Shown piece after piece: positions 27,410 to 41,100 of a DNA stretch of 64,000 bases. A program made the position numbers and the translations under genes. Numbering within the stretch: the first letter of the stretch is position 1; the number at the start of each line of letters is the position of its first letter. The stretch lies in assembly GCA_050084515.1 (NCBI GenBank), contig CM114271.1:41478001-41542000 (forward strand), read 5' to 3'. Below the pieces are notes generated by a model that saw only the letters and a program-made list of their open reading frames with translations, searched no databases and had not been told where the DNA came from. The stretch is from Blasia pusilla (lineage: Eukaryota).

Positions 27410-28990
27410 AGATATGATAGAGACCTTATCATTTTTGGGCTTTGGATTGGACTTTACTTTTCATTGAAATTTTGCAAGGAGATAAGATAAGATTCCACCA
27501 ACATGTGAACATCATATAATGTGGAGATGATATTTTTGGATTAAAAAAAAATGCATACCTTCTTTTACTTCGGAACATTTTATCATGTAGGTCTAAGAAA
27601 ACCTTGTCATTTTTAGGCTTTGGGTTGGACTTCCATTTTCTTTGAATTTTTTCAATACGTTTAAATAATTTTCCAAAAAAGAATGGGCATCACTTTATTT
27701 CAAGATCATATTTTTGGATAAAATAAAAAATTATAGACCACCTTTTTCTTATGAATATCTTATCGTATGGATCTAAGAAGATATTTTCATTTTAGGTTTT
27801 ATTAGAATTTTTTTTTTTGGAAATTTTGCAAGGAGGTAAGATATGCTTCCACTGACAAGTTGAAAAAAAATTCATGTCGATATCATATAGTTGGATTAAA
27901 ATTCAACGTAAAAATGCACACTCACTTTATCTTTAGAATATCTTATCGTGCAAGTGTAACTCATCATTTCCGAGATTCGGGTTTGATTTCCATTTTCCTT
28001 GGAATTTTCTTAAGAGGTTAGATACACTTCCATAAATAGGAGGAAAAATCATCTCAAGATCATCTAGTTGGAATTAAAAAAATGTACACTACATTTTTTT
28101 CTTAGTAGGTATACATTATGGCTCCGGTCTAAAGTGATCTTAGCATTGTGGGTTTGGGTTGGAATTTCATTTTCCTTCAACTTTTTCAAGGTGACTAGAT
28201 ACACTTAAAAAAATACATGGACATCATTTCCAAATCAAGATCATATTTTTGGCCAAAATAAAAAATGAAGACCATATTCTTTTCTTTAGAACATCTTACC
28301 GCATGGGTCTTTGAAGACCTTGTCATTTTTTGGTTTTTGGTTGGACTTCCATTTTCCTTGAAAATTTGGAAGGATTTTAGATACACTTCCATCAATAAGT
28401 TAAAATAATTTTTAAAGAAGAAAACATATTTGGATTAAATTAAATATACATATCACATTTCTTTAGAACATCTTAATATCAAGTGGATCTAAGAAGACAT
28501 GGGTTTATGTACACTTTCATGAACAAGTGGAAAATATTTAATATGAAGATTATATTTTTTGGATAACATGAAAAATGCACATCCACTTTTTCTTTAGAAC
28601 ATGTTATTCCATAAGTCTAAGAAGACCTTATTATTTTTAGGATTTGGGTTAGATTTTCATTTTCCTGAAAATTTTGCAAGGAGATTGGATGCACTTTCAT
28701 CAAGTGAAAAACTTTTACTTTCAAGATCATCTAGTCGGAGTAAATTAAAAATGCAACCCACATTTTAATTCTACTTTTCCTTAGTAGATATTTGTGGGCT
28801 TTGGGTTGGACTTCCAAATTCCTTAAAAGTTTACAAGGAGGTTAGATACACTTCCATGAATAGTTGGACAAAATTTAGTGTCAAGATCATATAGTTAGAG
28901 TAGATAAAATTTACGTACCATATTTTTTTCTTAGTAGATCTTATCTCGTGGGTCTTAAGGGGCTTTATTATTTTTAGGCTTTGGGTCATA
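27410..28990. repeat. Degenerate AT-rich tandem array, ~180-bp period, about 8-9 units
   Basis: Motif gacctt.tcattttt.ggctttgg.ttggacttccattttc.ttg recurs near 27421, 27601, 27781, 27960, 28135, 28317, 28622, 28795, 28961. Confidence 0.75.
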
Positions 28991-28992
28991 CT

Positions 28993-29326
28993 CAAGGTTG
29001 CATGTAGACAAAGTCCGTGTCCGTGGACATATTTATCTCTATGGACTTACGTCTGCTCTATGGAAGGACTTGTCCATATAGGCCCCACCTCGATCCCCCT
29101 TCTTTCTCAACCCTTCCACTTCCCTCTATGTTCCGCACTTTCTTGTTTCTTCATGCCCCTACCTCTACTCTCTCCCTCCTTATTACCCCTTCTCCCTCTG
29201 CGTTGCTTTCCACCATAAGCTATAAGTGTGGGCCCCACCTCTTGCAATCCATGTTTTTTGACACTTCTAGACTTGTCCATCCATGTCTATCATAGGGATG
29301 GACTTGTTTGTTTTTATGCAACCATG
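28993..29326. mobile_element. hAT-type MITE, copy 1
   Basis: TIRs CAAGGTTGCAT / ATGCAACCATG; flanks GTCATACT and GTCACTCT (6/8, degenerate 8-bp TSD). Confidence 0.7.
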
Positions 29327-30899
29327 GTCACTCTTCCAATTTCCTTGAATTTTTGTAAGGGGGTTATATAAAATCCCATCATCAAATTGACAACATATAT
29401 TATATATATCCATACTATTATTTCCAAACGGTAAACCTCCTCCCCATCTGACACCTGTCGTTCTCGGCCACTTCTAATTTTACACGTGTCTTGCTCTCTC
29501 ATGTTCATAAAAAAATTATTTTCAAAAGCCTTTGTAGCCCTTAGGTGATCCATTTTGTGCGACTCCTTCATTATTTAGAGCAACGTTATAGTGGACAACT
29601 CTTATCACTTCTTTCGGTTGTGTAATGATGAGAATTTCAAATTCAAAAACTAACTCGATAGTTAGGATCTAGCCGCCATGTTAGGTGGCGGCCTAGATTT
29701 TAGGGTTTAGGGTCTCCTGTGAAAGCTCATTCACCGACGAAGTATTTATTGGGACCCACATGCAATGTTAGAGCGCAAAATAGTGACATTGGAGGTAAAA
29801 TTTGCATTCGCATCCAAGTAAGAACTCTTCAAAGCTTTCATTCAAGTATGCAATCGCATTTAGACATTGGCAGCTCCAAATAGCTTCTTTGAGTTGCTTT
29901 AACAAGTGCAAAGATTTAGAGAATGTCTACTTCAATTACTACAGTAGATTTCTAATACAATTCTTGTTGATGATCCTGTCGTTGATGTTTTCAATTGTTG
30001 ATGACAGATGCTATACTTCTATTGAAACAATGACGTATTGGCCAAGGATAGCGGAACTTTTTTTTGACGGCTCCGTTGGTGGATTGCTCCTAGGTTACGC
30101 CATTGGTGAAATCTGCTGACAGCTCCATTGCTGGATTGCTCCCAGGTTACTGGAATGCTGAATTCTCCCAAATTGTTGTCCGTTCACAGACCTCTGTAAC
30201 ACCTCCTTGCCACTTGCTTCCAAATATATCTTCTACATTCACCTTGTTAACAACAAAAGAATCTTCAAAGCAACTCATAGCTACGGAAATGGTGACAAGA
30301 AGAACAACAATGAAAAGCACACATGGAAAGGGAAAGATTGTCCCAAGGGTTGTAGCCTCATCGAAGAAACATTACGGGGTGAAGCATGTAGATGCTACAC
30401 CTTTGGAAAGAAACAAGTGGTCTCCCACCTCTCATGATAAGTGTGTAAGATTGAGTGACTGTAAAAAGCCACTCGCGGATATAAGCCCTACTTGGGGCAC
30501 TCGGTTGAATCCCTCACAAGTTCCAGACATTGGAGATGCACGAAGGAACTCCATTCCTTCTTGTAATGTTCTTGAAGACTCGAGTAAGGGGTACTTCCCC
30601 AAGCGTGTTCATGATCTAGAAGAATCAAAGAAAGACTATTCCTTATCCCTAGAATATCAATTGAAGAGAACTAACGCTCGGAGAGGTAGATCCACATCAG
30701 CCAAAAAAGCGCGGAACACACCTGTTACGGACACTCAACATCAAGATGTTCCAGTGTCAGCAATTCTCTCCCCACCCTTAGAGGATCAAGCAACCAATCC
30801 TCTCCCACGAGTAGCAATTTCATCCCGTAACAGTAATAGGGAAAGTCGCATGCTGCTCAAGATTGAGATTTTGTTTAGGGTTCATGTCAATTGAGTGTT

Positions 30900-32570
30900 T
30901 TTCCTCTCAATGATGCAAGTGGAAGAAGTGCTAAAAAATTTGTACTCTGTGAGGATGTTGCCAAGAAGCAGCTGCAAGAATTCATGGTTTTCCTTCGTGG
31001 ATGTCGAGCTCTGTTGCAAGCTGTAAAATGTTTTGAAGATGTCTTGCATGCTCTGGCTTCGAGTAAATTGAAGAAGCTTGTGGTTCCAGGTGTGTGTTGC
31101 TTGCTGCTATTGTCTCTCTCCCGGGATCTCCATATAGTACCCTCTATACTTTATGATCTATTTTTTTATTATTGTTGAGTGATAAGTTTTTGTCTTTCTC
31201 CTTTATCACTTCTGAAAGTGACTTTTCAATTGTAGATAATCCTTCCTCCAGGGTCATACATCTTGCAATAACCTTATGGATTTTCCTTTTCCGTGTGTGA
31301 TATCCAAGTGATGGAAGTGTTGACATGACGGAAATCATAGAATACTTTGAGACGACCTTTGATTACAAGGAAGCAGAGAAGACAGGCCGTATAGTATCAC
31401 GTGAAGGTGTGGATGAGGATTTTGACGAGGCTGCTATTGTCTCTCTCCCGGGATCTCCATATAGTACCCTCTATACTTTATGATCTATTTTTTTTATTAT
31501 TGTTGAGTGATAAGTTTCTATCTTTCTCCTTTATCACTTCTGAAAGTGACTTTTCAATTGTAGATAATCCTTCCTCTAGGGTCATACATCTTGCAACAAC
31601 CTTATGGATTTTCATTTTCCGTGTGTGATATCCCGGTGATGGAAGTGTTGACATGACGGAAATCATAGAATACTTTGAGACGACCTTTGATTACAAGGAA
31701 GCGGAGAAGACACGCCGTATAGTATCACGTGAAGGTGTGGATGAGGATTTTGACGAGGCTGATACAACTTTCAGAGATGTAACTAAGAAATTGATGGACT
31801 ACATTGACAAGCAGTGCAAAATTTTTGGGAATTCATCAGAGGTGGACTAAGTAGATCAATTGAATTCCATCATTACATTCCACCTTGGAATGTAAAGTCT
31901 CAGGAACTTCCATCTGATATGCTTCCTTGCCAACTTTTACTTCATTGATCAATACGTTACCAGCTGGCACTTCTTGGGAAATGATCTTTTTTCAAGTCTT
32001 TTATAAGCAGACTCGTGCATGATTTTCCCAAATAGGACACACTTGTGTCTTATAAATGGAATGCTAATTGAACCTCACAAGTTGCCATATGGATGTAGAT
32101 CAATTAAGTAACAGTTGGCAAGGAAGCATATCAGATGGAAGTTCCAGAGACTTTACATTCCAAGGTGTTGAATAGCTTTGAAGTGCGATCTTCTTGGAAG
32201 CTTTGCTCCCTACATCACTATGCTTGGCCAGTATCTAGCCCAAGGTTTTTGCAATTCTTGTCAGTTTGAATCCAGAATGTTGATTGGAATTGTTTAGAAT
32301 TCTATGGATATCTTAGAGGTCCAAATGATTTTGGAGACTAATCGTGACGGTTGAGAATTTATATGCAGCCGTTGGAATTTGTCAAGGCTACCAAAGGTAC
32401 TGGACTCCAAAAATCAATGAACTATTACAAGAACTGGGTGTTGGAGAGGAGCAGCGGGAGCTTGCACTTCAAGAAATATTTTAGGGTCTTGTGAAACATT
32501 TTTGTCGACATTATCAACATTGGATATTTTTTATTAAATTGGTTTCTAGTGAGATGCTTTCATGAGATGG
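30900..32570 (+). pseudogene. MSH6: MSH6 (MutS homolog 6) internal fragments, about four exons with introns
   Basis: ASGRSAKKFVLCEDVAKKQLQEF...LRGC; FETTFDYKEAEKTGRIVSREGVDEDFD; VTVGKEAYQMEVPE; GYQRYWTPKI match the plant MSH6 core; contains stops and rearrangements. Confidence 0.8.
31105..31760 (+). repeat. ~325-bp tandem duplication of an MSH6 intron plus partial exon
   Basis: gctattgtctctctcccgggatctccatatag... at ~31106 repeats at ~31433; both units end ...gatgaggattttgacgaggctg. Confidence 0.9.
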
Positions 32571-32764
32571 ATATTTTGTAGGTTGGATGCAGTATGAGAT
32601 AAAAATATCAAGTCATCCTCAAGTAAGCAGCTTCATGGGATTAGTTGATTTTCAGTGGGAGCTCTCTCATATGATTATCCTTTCACTAAATGGGGCTTTG
32701 GTCTCGAATTCTTACAAATATATTCATAATTTCTGTAGAGATCGATGTTCTCATTCATTTTTAG

Positions 32765-32856
32765 GTTGGACGACGCAAAAGATCTTGTAGATCCCAAGCT
32801 CGAAATTGAGGAGTCATGCAAGCCGAAATATGTGAAACAACTTTGTCAGTACCAAG
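32765..32856 (+). pseudogene. Cytochrome b-c1 complex subunit 6 (QCR6, hinge protein) single-exon fragment
   Basis: After a ttttag acceptor: DDAKDLVDPKLEIEESCKPKYVKQLCQYQ resembles plant QCR6 (VDPK..LEESCKPKCVK.L..YQ). Confidence 0.7.
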
Positions 32857-34895
32857 TTTTCCATTTGCGTTCTCTCTTTCTTATGGAAGTAGGCATAAAT
32901 CTAGGATCATCTTGGAACTCGTCAAAATTTATATTTTACCCTTGCTCGTCATCTAATGGATTTAAAGTAAGGGGATTAGCTGTATCCAGTATATTTTTGC
33001 GAGGTAAACTCTATTGTATGTGGTGATGTATCATCCTAATGTCTGATGATTCTCACATCCTCCAAGGTTCCACAATACTTTCCACCAAATTCACCTTGAT
33101 GGGTACGATTTCTCTCAGGGTTTGTAATATACTGGAAAAAGTGTTAGATCCAGACCCGTCAATGTTTTTGTTATAATTAGGTTTTTTGTGAAGTAGTAAG
33201 CCCTAGCTTCAGAGTTGGAGAGCGTAGAAGAATCTTAAATTATTCAATAACCTAGATTGCAAGTTACCAAAGTACGGGTCCAATTAGAGACATTGTCCAT
33301 GACAGTGAGTCATGAATTTGTTTGTAATTTTGCGCTCTGAAATAGCATGGTGCAATTTCAAATATTCACATGTGGCAATGTGTTATTGTCTTTAGGCTGC
33401 TAGATCGAGTCCAAGTAGGACTCAAGACTTGGTCCCACCCCGAGAATCCTTTCTAAGGGACTAGATACTAAAGTAGTGGTGGGTGATATTGATTCTTAGC
33501 ACTGACAAAAATGACGGCCAATGCTTTCGAACATACTGCTAAAAATGACTATTCTTGATTTAATTCAAGGATATATTGCAAGAACAGTCGTACTTGATAT
33601 CTGGATAGATGCGATCCATCTTTGGACAGATTTGGAATGTACATTCTACAACTTGTGGCATTTAGGTAAGGCACCCTGATTTTTGCAGAGATACCTAAGT
33701 GTCGGAAATGCCTCATTGAGCATTGCAGACTCTGATGACCATTGTTGAATACCTTCTATCAACTTAAAATTAAGCGTGCCACTCGTAGATTTAGCAAAGC
33801 ATCAATCCAATGCCTACCAAATGCATCAAAGAGTAGATCTCTCTCCTCTATTTCCACACATATTTTTAACTGATATGACCACCCATCGGAATAAAAAAAT
33901 CTTGGCTTTTCCCCACTAAAATTTGTAGCAAGTACCATCATATAAATGCACCCAATGCTTTCTACTAGCAGGGTTGCAAGTAGTGTAGTGTATATTTGTC
34001 TCATCACCATGTGTTCTTGTGCACCTTGTTGTTGATAGTCTTGTGTAGAGCGGGTTAAGGGTCATGACACAGGTTCTAAACATCACTTTGACTATGCATT
34101 ACATTTCAAATTATTGGTGGAACCAATCTATCTTTTGTAACCTCCGTTCTTCCTTGCATACCTTGTCACGAATAGGCTTGTGCCAAGCGGGTTAAGGATG
34201 ATGACATTGGATCTAAACATTGTAGTAATCAATATTTTGACTACTGGGGTTGTATTGATAAATGTCTAAGTTTGTATTCCTTTGTTCAATGTCTATTCAA
34301 CTCTTACCATGTTATCCGCAGATTACATGTCATGTTTTGAAAGTTCTTGTATCTAAATTTTGTTGTTGAGTTGTGGAAGTGATTCGCTTTTGATAGTATT
34401 TATTACCCTCCACGTGTGACCAACCCTCACGTTTGGCTTCTCTGGGTATTGGCTTGTACATGCTGCAACAAAGGTCTCTAACAAGCTGAAGTAAGTGCGG
34501 GTTAGGAGTTCATGGAGCAAGCTCAAAGATGGTCAAAACCCCTTGATGCTTGTATACCGTCAACACAGGAAATTTCCAACATCAAGCAATATTATTCAAA
34601 CCCGTTCTTTTTATAATGGAAAATTTCAAAAGAAATGTGCTGCAAAAACTCACACATGAGTCATGTTTCTTGTCCTACAACATTGTGCCAAGGTAGTTCT
34701 AAATAGCAATTTTTTGGCTTAAAGAAAAGTGATTCCTTCATATTGTTAGTAGCACATCACCTATGTATGCTAAGGTGAACGCTTATGTGTTCAAAATATA
34801 AATGGATATAAAGATTTCACTAATTCAGATACATTAATTCTTGCACCATTCAAAAGGCATAAAAAATAGCCCAAGAAATCCAAAATTGATATTAC

Positions 34896-35583
34896 CACTA
34901 GCCATATCGATATAACTGGCACAGTAAGATTCATTCACTGAAAGCAATAAGTTTTGAATGCTATTTAGTCATTCAAAATTACAACTCATTCAGTTATGTT
35001 GCTAGGACTACATTCTTTCCATGACTCATCTAGTCATATCTTCGCGACTAAATCGGTTGTGCCAGCTTCTACAATGGTCATATAACTCTACTTTTAGAGT
35101 CATGGTACATGACTACATGAGTCCGTACTAAGATTTGAATAAAATAAAATGACTACATGAACTACTAACTACAATTGAATGGAGTATACTTGTTGCATTG
35201 TGATTGGATATTGTGAGTTTTGCACACCAAACATGACAAAAGGAGTGGTTGGTGGTAGCTAGAGGAATATACAAATATGACTAGACAAGTTACATTCATA
35301 GTCCATCTCATCGGTGACACGTCACAAAAAATAGTCCACGTCATTAGTGACGTGTTATTATTCCACGTCATCTAAGTGATGTGTCACTCATGCCCTCATG
35401 ACATCCTCAAGTCATATACCAACGTCCATCTAAGCCAACCATCCTAGTTAGCCTAGTCGCCAAACAAATATGACTTGGCTTTTGTGTCTGAAGTAGTTGT
35501 CAATCATTGTTAGTCATGGTATGTAAAATATGACTTATATGAGTCATATAACCTAGTCATAAAACCATGGATTTCTTCTAGTG
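34896..35583. mobile_element. CACTA-like non-autonomous element or element end
   Basis: CACTAG at 34896 and CTAGTG ending 35583; many ATGACT (left) and AGTCAT (right) subterminal repeats; flanks TAC/CAC. Confidence 0.45.
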
Positions 35584-37247
35584 CACGCTCCTCCTCCTCC
35601 CCATTTTTGTTGGGAATCTAGCGAGTCATTAGATGAGCGTCACGTACTTGGGTCTGAAAATATCTGCCGCCTCACCAAACCATGAGCAACTAAAAATTGC
35701 TACACTTAACCAAATCCTTGTGAGGAGTTCTCCTGTATGCCCTCCAACACTATATCCTATAAATAATACGAGAAGAATGTTAGTTCGTTCATCTCACATA
35801 TGCGAAGTTTTACAATATGAAAGAGGGATTGAGACTCATCCCCCAATCCAAGTCATCCAATTGTTGAAAAGTAAGCCCTTGGGTTTCTATCTTTGCCTTC
35901 TTGATCTCCTCCACTGTTTAGTTCATTCCAAACCATTACACATGCAGACAAGAAACATAAAAACTTGAGAATAATAAAAAAACAAAGCGAGGAAAATTCC
36001 ACAAGAGGATGGCAATAAATAAATTCCATAATAGAGGGGGGAAGGGGAAAAAATCTCCTTCGTTCATTTACAACGTTATAGAAGATAGAAAGGCCTTGTA
36101 AACCTGCATATATGATGCTAGAGAAAGCGATTGGTGGCATGAACTCACATTGGTCATGAAACTAATCACTCTCCTATGAGCCAGAAGCAAAGGAAAAGAG
36201 GAAGACAAAACTTATCACCAATTTCAAGAAATTGGAGTTGAATTTTACTTATGCAGCTATGCTTGAGGCCATTTCATGGAGTACAAATTTGGGTGATTTA
36301 GCAAGTATGTACATGGCTACATTGTGAAATAATTTCTTTTGGATTCATCCTCTAGTGGCAAAATGGTTCAGTAGTAAATTTCTATTGGCAAGTGGAGGTC
36401 TAAACACGTGTACCCCAGTTTTCTTCATGACGCTGTCTCAAAACCACATTTGACATTTCATGACCATAATACTTACTGCATATGACCCTGGGTTAAATCT
36501 TAACCTAGGTTTGGAGGTTTTCATATTTTGAAAGTAAAAGCTTATAGTAACTCAAATTTTTGGCCCAAAACGAAAATTTTGGGAAATGGTCGACATTTAT
36601 TTCAAAAATATGAAAAGTAGTCTACCATGCACTTACCAATTTTTGGTGTTAAATAAATCATTAGTCATACTTTTATTTTCATTATGGGTAATTTAAATTA
36701 CCCATCATTAAATCTTGCATCACACGGACATCCGCCAATGTATTTTAATAAAATCTTTCCATAACCCTAAGATCCTATTGGCTAAGAGGGTCACATGTCA
36801 ATATAAGAGAAGTTTTAAAATTGAAGGGGCCCGGCCCTTTGCAATTATAATATATATGTGTGCTCAATTTTTTTGATTTCCACCTTATATCTTACAAGTG
36901 TAGGCCCGTGTGATACACAAATGTTAATTATCTCCCAAACTAATAATTAAATCTCAAAGTTTTCAAGTGTCATTATGGAGCAATCCTATTGGCTAAGAAG
37001 ATAAGCGCTTTTACTGGCTAAGAATTCTAAGTGTAAAGAGGTAAGGAGTTTGCAAAATGAATGGCACTGTCAAGTAATAATATACATTATGTATTATACT
37101 ATATCATATTGATCAATGATAAATTAACATATGGTGGTGGAGAGTTTCAAACTCGTCTGGTATTCACTTAATTTTGAAATTTTGCCCAAATTTTATGAGG
37201 TGGCAAGAAAAAATATAGCCTTAGGTTGGATATACCTAGTTCTTGAC

Positions 37248-37575
37248 CATGGTTGAAAAAAAACGGGCAAGTTTGTCCCTTGGACGGATATGGACGGATA
37301 AGTTTGGACATCTCCGCGGATATGGATTACAAGAGATGGGGCCCATACTTATAGTTTATGATGGAAGATAGGGCAAGGGCGAATGGGGCAATAAGGGGGA
37401 AGGAAGAGGGGTGGAGGGAGGAAGAAACGAGATAGTGCGGAACATATAGGCAAGTGGGGAGGATGAGAAAGAAGAGGAAGGTGGAGCCAAATGCACAAGT
37501 CCTTCCATAGGTTAGGCGTAAGTGCATGAACATGGACATGTTTGCGGATACAGACTTTGTCTAAATGCAACCTTA
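37248..37575. mobile_element. hAT-type MITE, copy 2, inverted relative to copy 1
   Basis: Reverse-complement similarity to 28993-29326; ends CATGGTTG / TGCAACCTTA; flanks TTCTTGAC and TTCTCGAC (7/8 TSD). Confidence 0.75.
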
Positions 37576-38198
37576 TTCTCGACTTTTCCCTTAGTGACAT
37601 CCCCTAGCCAAAGGCTCAACATGAGAAAGATGGCTTGTGAAATCCATCTCTTTCCTCTTATAACCCCTTGGAAGAGTGTCATGCGCATATCTGTATTGTT
37701 GTAGAATATAGATAGTTGGTCACATCTATGCATCATACAACACCGACCATCCCAACACACGAATCGATCCATCCCTAAAAAAAATACACTCACACATAAA
37801 CATCGAGATCCCACAAAAAAATCAGAGTTGAAACGGATCAACTGGCCTAAAGCTCTACCCTTGAATCTACATTAGCATATCGAGCTTCCGATATGAGGGA
37901 ATCTAGACGCTAGTATCCTAGTTTCTACCTCAGACACGAGCAAGAGAGATGCTCCAACGGTCCAACATGAGAAAGATGGTTTGGGAAAGCCATCTCTCTC
38001 CCTTATATAACCTTGGGAATAGTTAAAAGGCTCTTCCCCTAAAAATAGCCAATCCATTGGTAAGTTGTATGCACAAGTTAATGTTTGGCCCCATATGTGT
38101 TTAGTAGGTTATCGGATTGCAAAGACCAAGAATATGGAAATCTTCTGAAATGAGGTTCCTTACACAACGGACCTAACATCAACTTCATCTGATATCTT

Positions 38199-41100
38199 TG
38201 TGGAAAAGTGCTAAAGAAGCATAACTGGTGGAAAATGGCTCTCACACTCACACACCACCATTGAGAATGAAATTTGCAATGAGAGAATAAGTGGAGGCTG
38301 ATTCCCTTCTCAATTATATAGGGTATGTACAAGCAATCCTAACCCTATCCTTAACCATAGTCTCGAGTTAGACTTATTATGATTAACTAATCCTAGTTAA
38401 GATAATCGCGCTTAATTGACTACCAAGATTAAGCTTCCCTACTTCGTGTGAGTACCAAATGTAGCAGTTTAGGTGTCTCATGAGCTTGAATGTAACTCAA
38501 TCTTCAATACTCCCCCTCAAGCTCATATCGATATCTCTAACACCAAAATCATTTCTAAACATCTCAAACTTATCTCTAGACAATGCCTTTGTAAAGATGT
38601 CAATAATTTGTTGATCAATTTCTCATGTAAGCACTTTCTCTCTAATAAAATACTAGTGCACCTCAACATGCTTTGTACGAGAGTGAAACACAAGGTTATT
38701 AGCAAGCTTGATGCTACTAATATTGTATGCATATTTTACACTAGGTCCTAAGTTACTAACACCAATCTCAACAAGTAATCGATGAAGCCACACCGCCTCA
38801 CATGCTGCATTGGTTGCTCCTCTGTACTTAGCCTTTGTTGAAGATAAAGCAACTGTAGGTTGCTTCTTTGAAGCCCAACTTATAACTGCGCTTCCCAAGG
38901 TAAATGAATAACCAGATGCGGAGTGTCGATCAGACACGCTTCGTGCCCAATCAACACATTTGAATCCCTGTAATTGAAAACTCGGAGAAGGTTCAAATTG
39001 AAGCTCAAATTGAATAGAGAATTTCACATACCGCATAATCCTCCTCACAACATGAAGGTGAGGTTTTCGAGGTGCTTGCATAAATTGGCTCACTAGGCCA
39101 ACAACATAGCTCCAATCGAGTCTAGTTATAGTAGATAGATCAAACTTCCAACCATGCGCAAGTACATATTAGAATCTGCAAGCAACTCTCCTTCATCCAC
39201 TCTTAGTTTCATACTCCGGTCCAACGGTGTAGAGATTGGCTTACAAGTCGTCATATTATATTTTGAAAGCATATGAAGAGCATATTGTCGTTGTAGTAAC
39301 CAAATGCTCTCTCCAAACTTGATAAACTCAAAACCAAGGAAGTATTTTAGTTCTCCCAAGTCTTTCATATCAAATTCTCCTTGTAACTTAAGCTCGACTT
39401 GTTGTACTATTTCTTCAATATTCCCAGTAATCAAGAGATCGTCAACATACAACACAATGAGAACCTTATGATCTTGTCCTCTCAAGACATATAATGAGGA
39501 GTCAAAATGACATACCCTAAAACCCAACTCTTATAGGACGTATGTAATCTTGCCATACCAAGCTCTTGCAGCTTGTTTGAGCCCGCATAGAGCTTTCAAC
39601 CTGCATACGCAAAATGGAAACTTGGGATGCTCCAAGTAGTTGAATCATATATACCTCCTTCAACCACTATTCCCGTAGTCGCCATCTTTGCAACACGGCT
39701 AAATGTTTTTTCATAATTGATGCCATATTGTTGTGCATAGCCCTTAGGCACCAATCTCGCTTTATATCTTTTAATTGTATCATCTTGATTGCGCTTGATT
39801 TTATAAACCCATTTGCAACCAATAACTTCCTTACTAGAAGGTATATCAACATGCTCTCATGTCTGTTGATGTCTTAATGCAGCAAGCTCTTCCTCCATAG
39901 CTTCAATCGATTCAACTTTACTCGGAGCTTCAAAACCATTCGGCTCATGTTCTTGAAGGGTAGTCATCATATATGCATGATGTGTCGCAAGAAAACCTTC
40001 ATTTATGAATCTATGAACGGGATGTGTAACTCTACTTGATCTACGAAGTTGTTGTTTAGAGGTAGATGCCTCCTACACTTGACTCGAGCTCTGACTAGTG
40101 TCAACAGACAAATTACGTACTCTTTTTGTCCATGGACTCACAAATTTAACAAATGAATCTAGGACCTCTCTTAATCCTGCACTAGTACTTGGGGAAGTTG
40201 TAGATAATATTTATTGGTTTACAATCATATTCTCCTCCTCAACAGACGAGTTTAGAGGTGGAATAGGCTCAGATGGAGCATACCATGACTTTAGCTCATC
40301 AAAGACAATATCACGACTAATAATAAGTTGCCTAGAGGATGGACTATAGCACTTTTACCCCTTAGTTTCATCAGCATAGCCAATGAAGATACATCTTTCA
40401 AACTTGGGGTCTAATTTCTGACGTCTCTCAGAAGGAACATGAGCAAAACAAATACAGCCAAATACTTTCAAGAAGGAAAAATCAGGTTTACTTCTTGTGA
40501 AGACTTCGAATGGAGTTTTATCATGAACTTCTCATGTTGGAGTTCGGTTGATTAAGAAGATTGTACATGCTACATCCTTTGCCCAATACACCTTAGGCAT
40601 GTTCTTCTCATTCAACATAGCTCATGCCGCTTCAGCAATATGTCGATTCTTCCTCTCAGCCACTCCATTTTGTTGTGGAGTGTAACGGCAAGTCACTTGA
40701 CCTTGGATGTCATTTTGACGTAAATAGTCATCAAACTTTGTTGAAAGATACTCTCCTCCTCCATCACAACGCAAATTCAAAATGTGTTGTGCAGTCTGCT
40801 TTTCTACTAGAACTCTGAATGTTTGGAACACTAAGAATACTTCTATCTTGGCTTTCAGAAAGTATACCCATATATATATAGAGAAGTCATCAATAAATGA
40901 AACAAAGTACTGAAAACCACTAAGGCTATATTGTAATGATGTCCACACATCACTGTGGATCAACTCTAATATCGTGGATGCTTTTCTACCTTGCTTTGGA
41001 AAAGGAAATCTAGTTTATTTTCCAAAATGGCAAGAAGGACATACCTCAAACGTAACAGGACTCGCTAATTTAGGGAGTCCTATTACCATATTAGATGATG

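Noticed and set aside
30103-30894. 263-aa ORF as a real gene
   Set aside because: Non-ATG start, no recognisable domain, and embedded in a mosaic of fragments
28993-37575. Inverted ~330-bp repeats as the TIRs of one Pack-MULE carrying MSH6 and QCR6
   Set aside because: Each copy has its own short TIRs and its own 8-bp TSD, so they are independent MITE insertions
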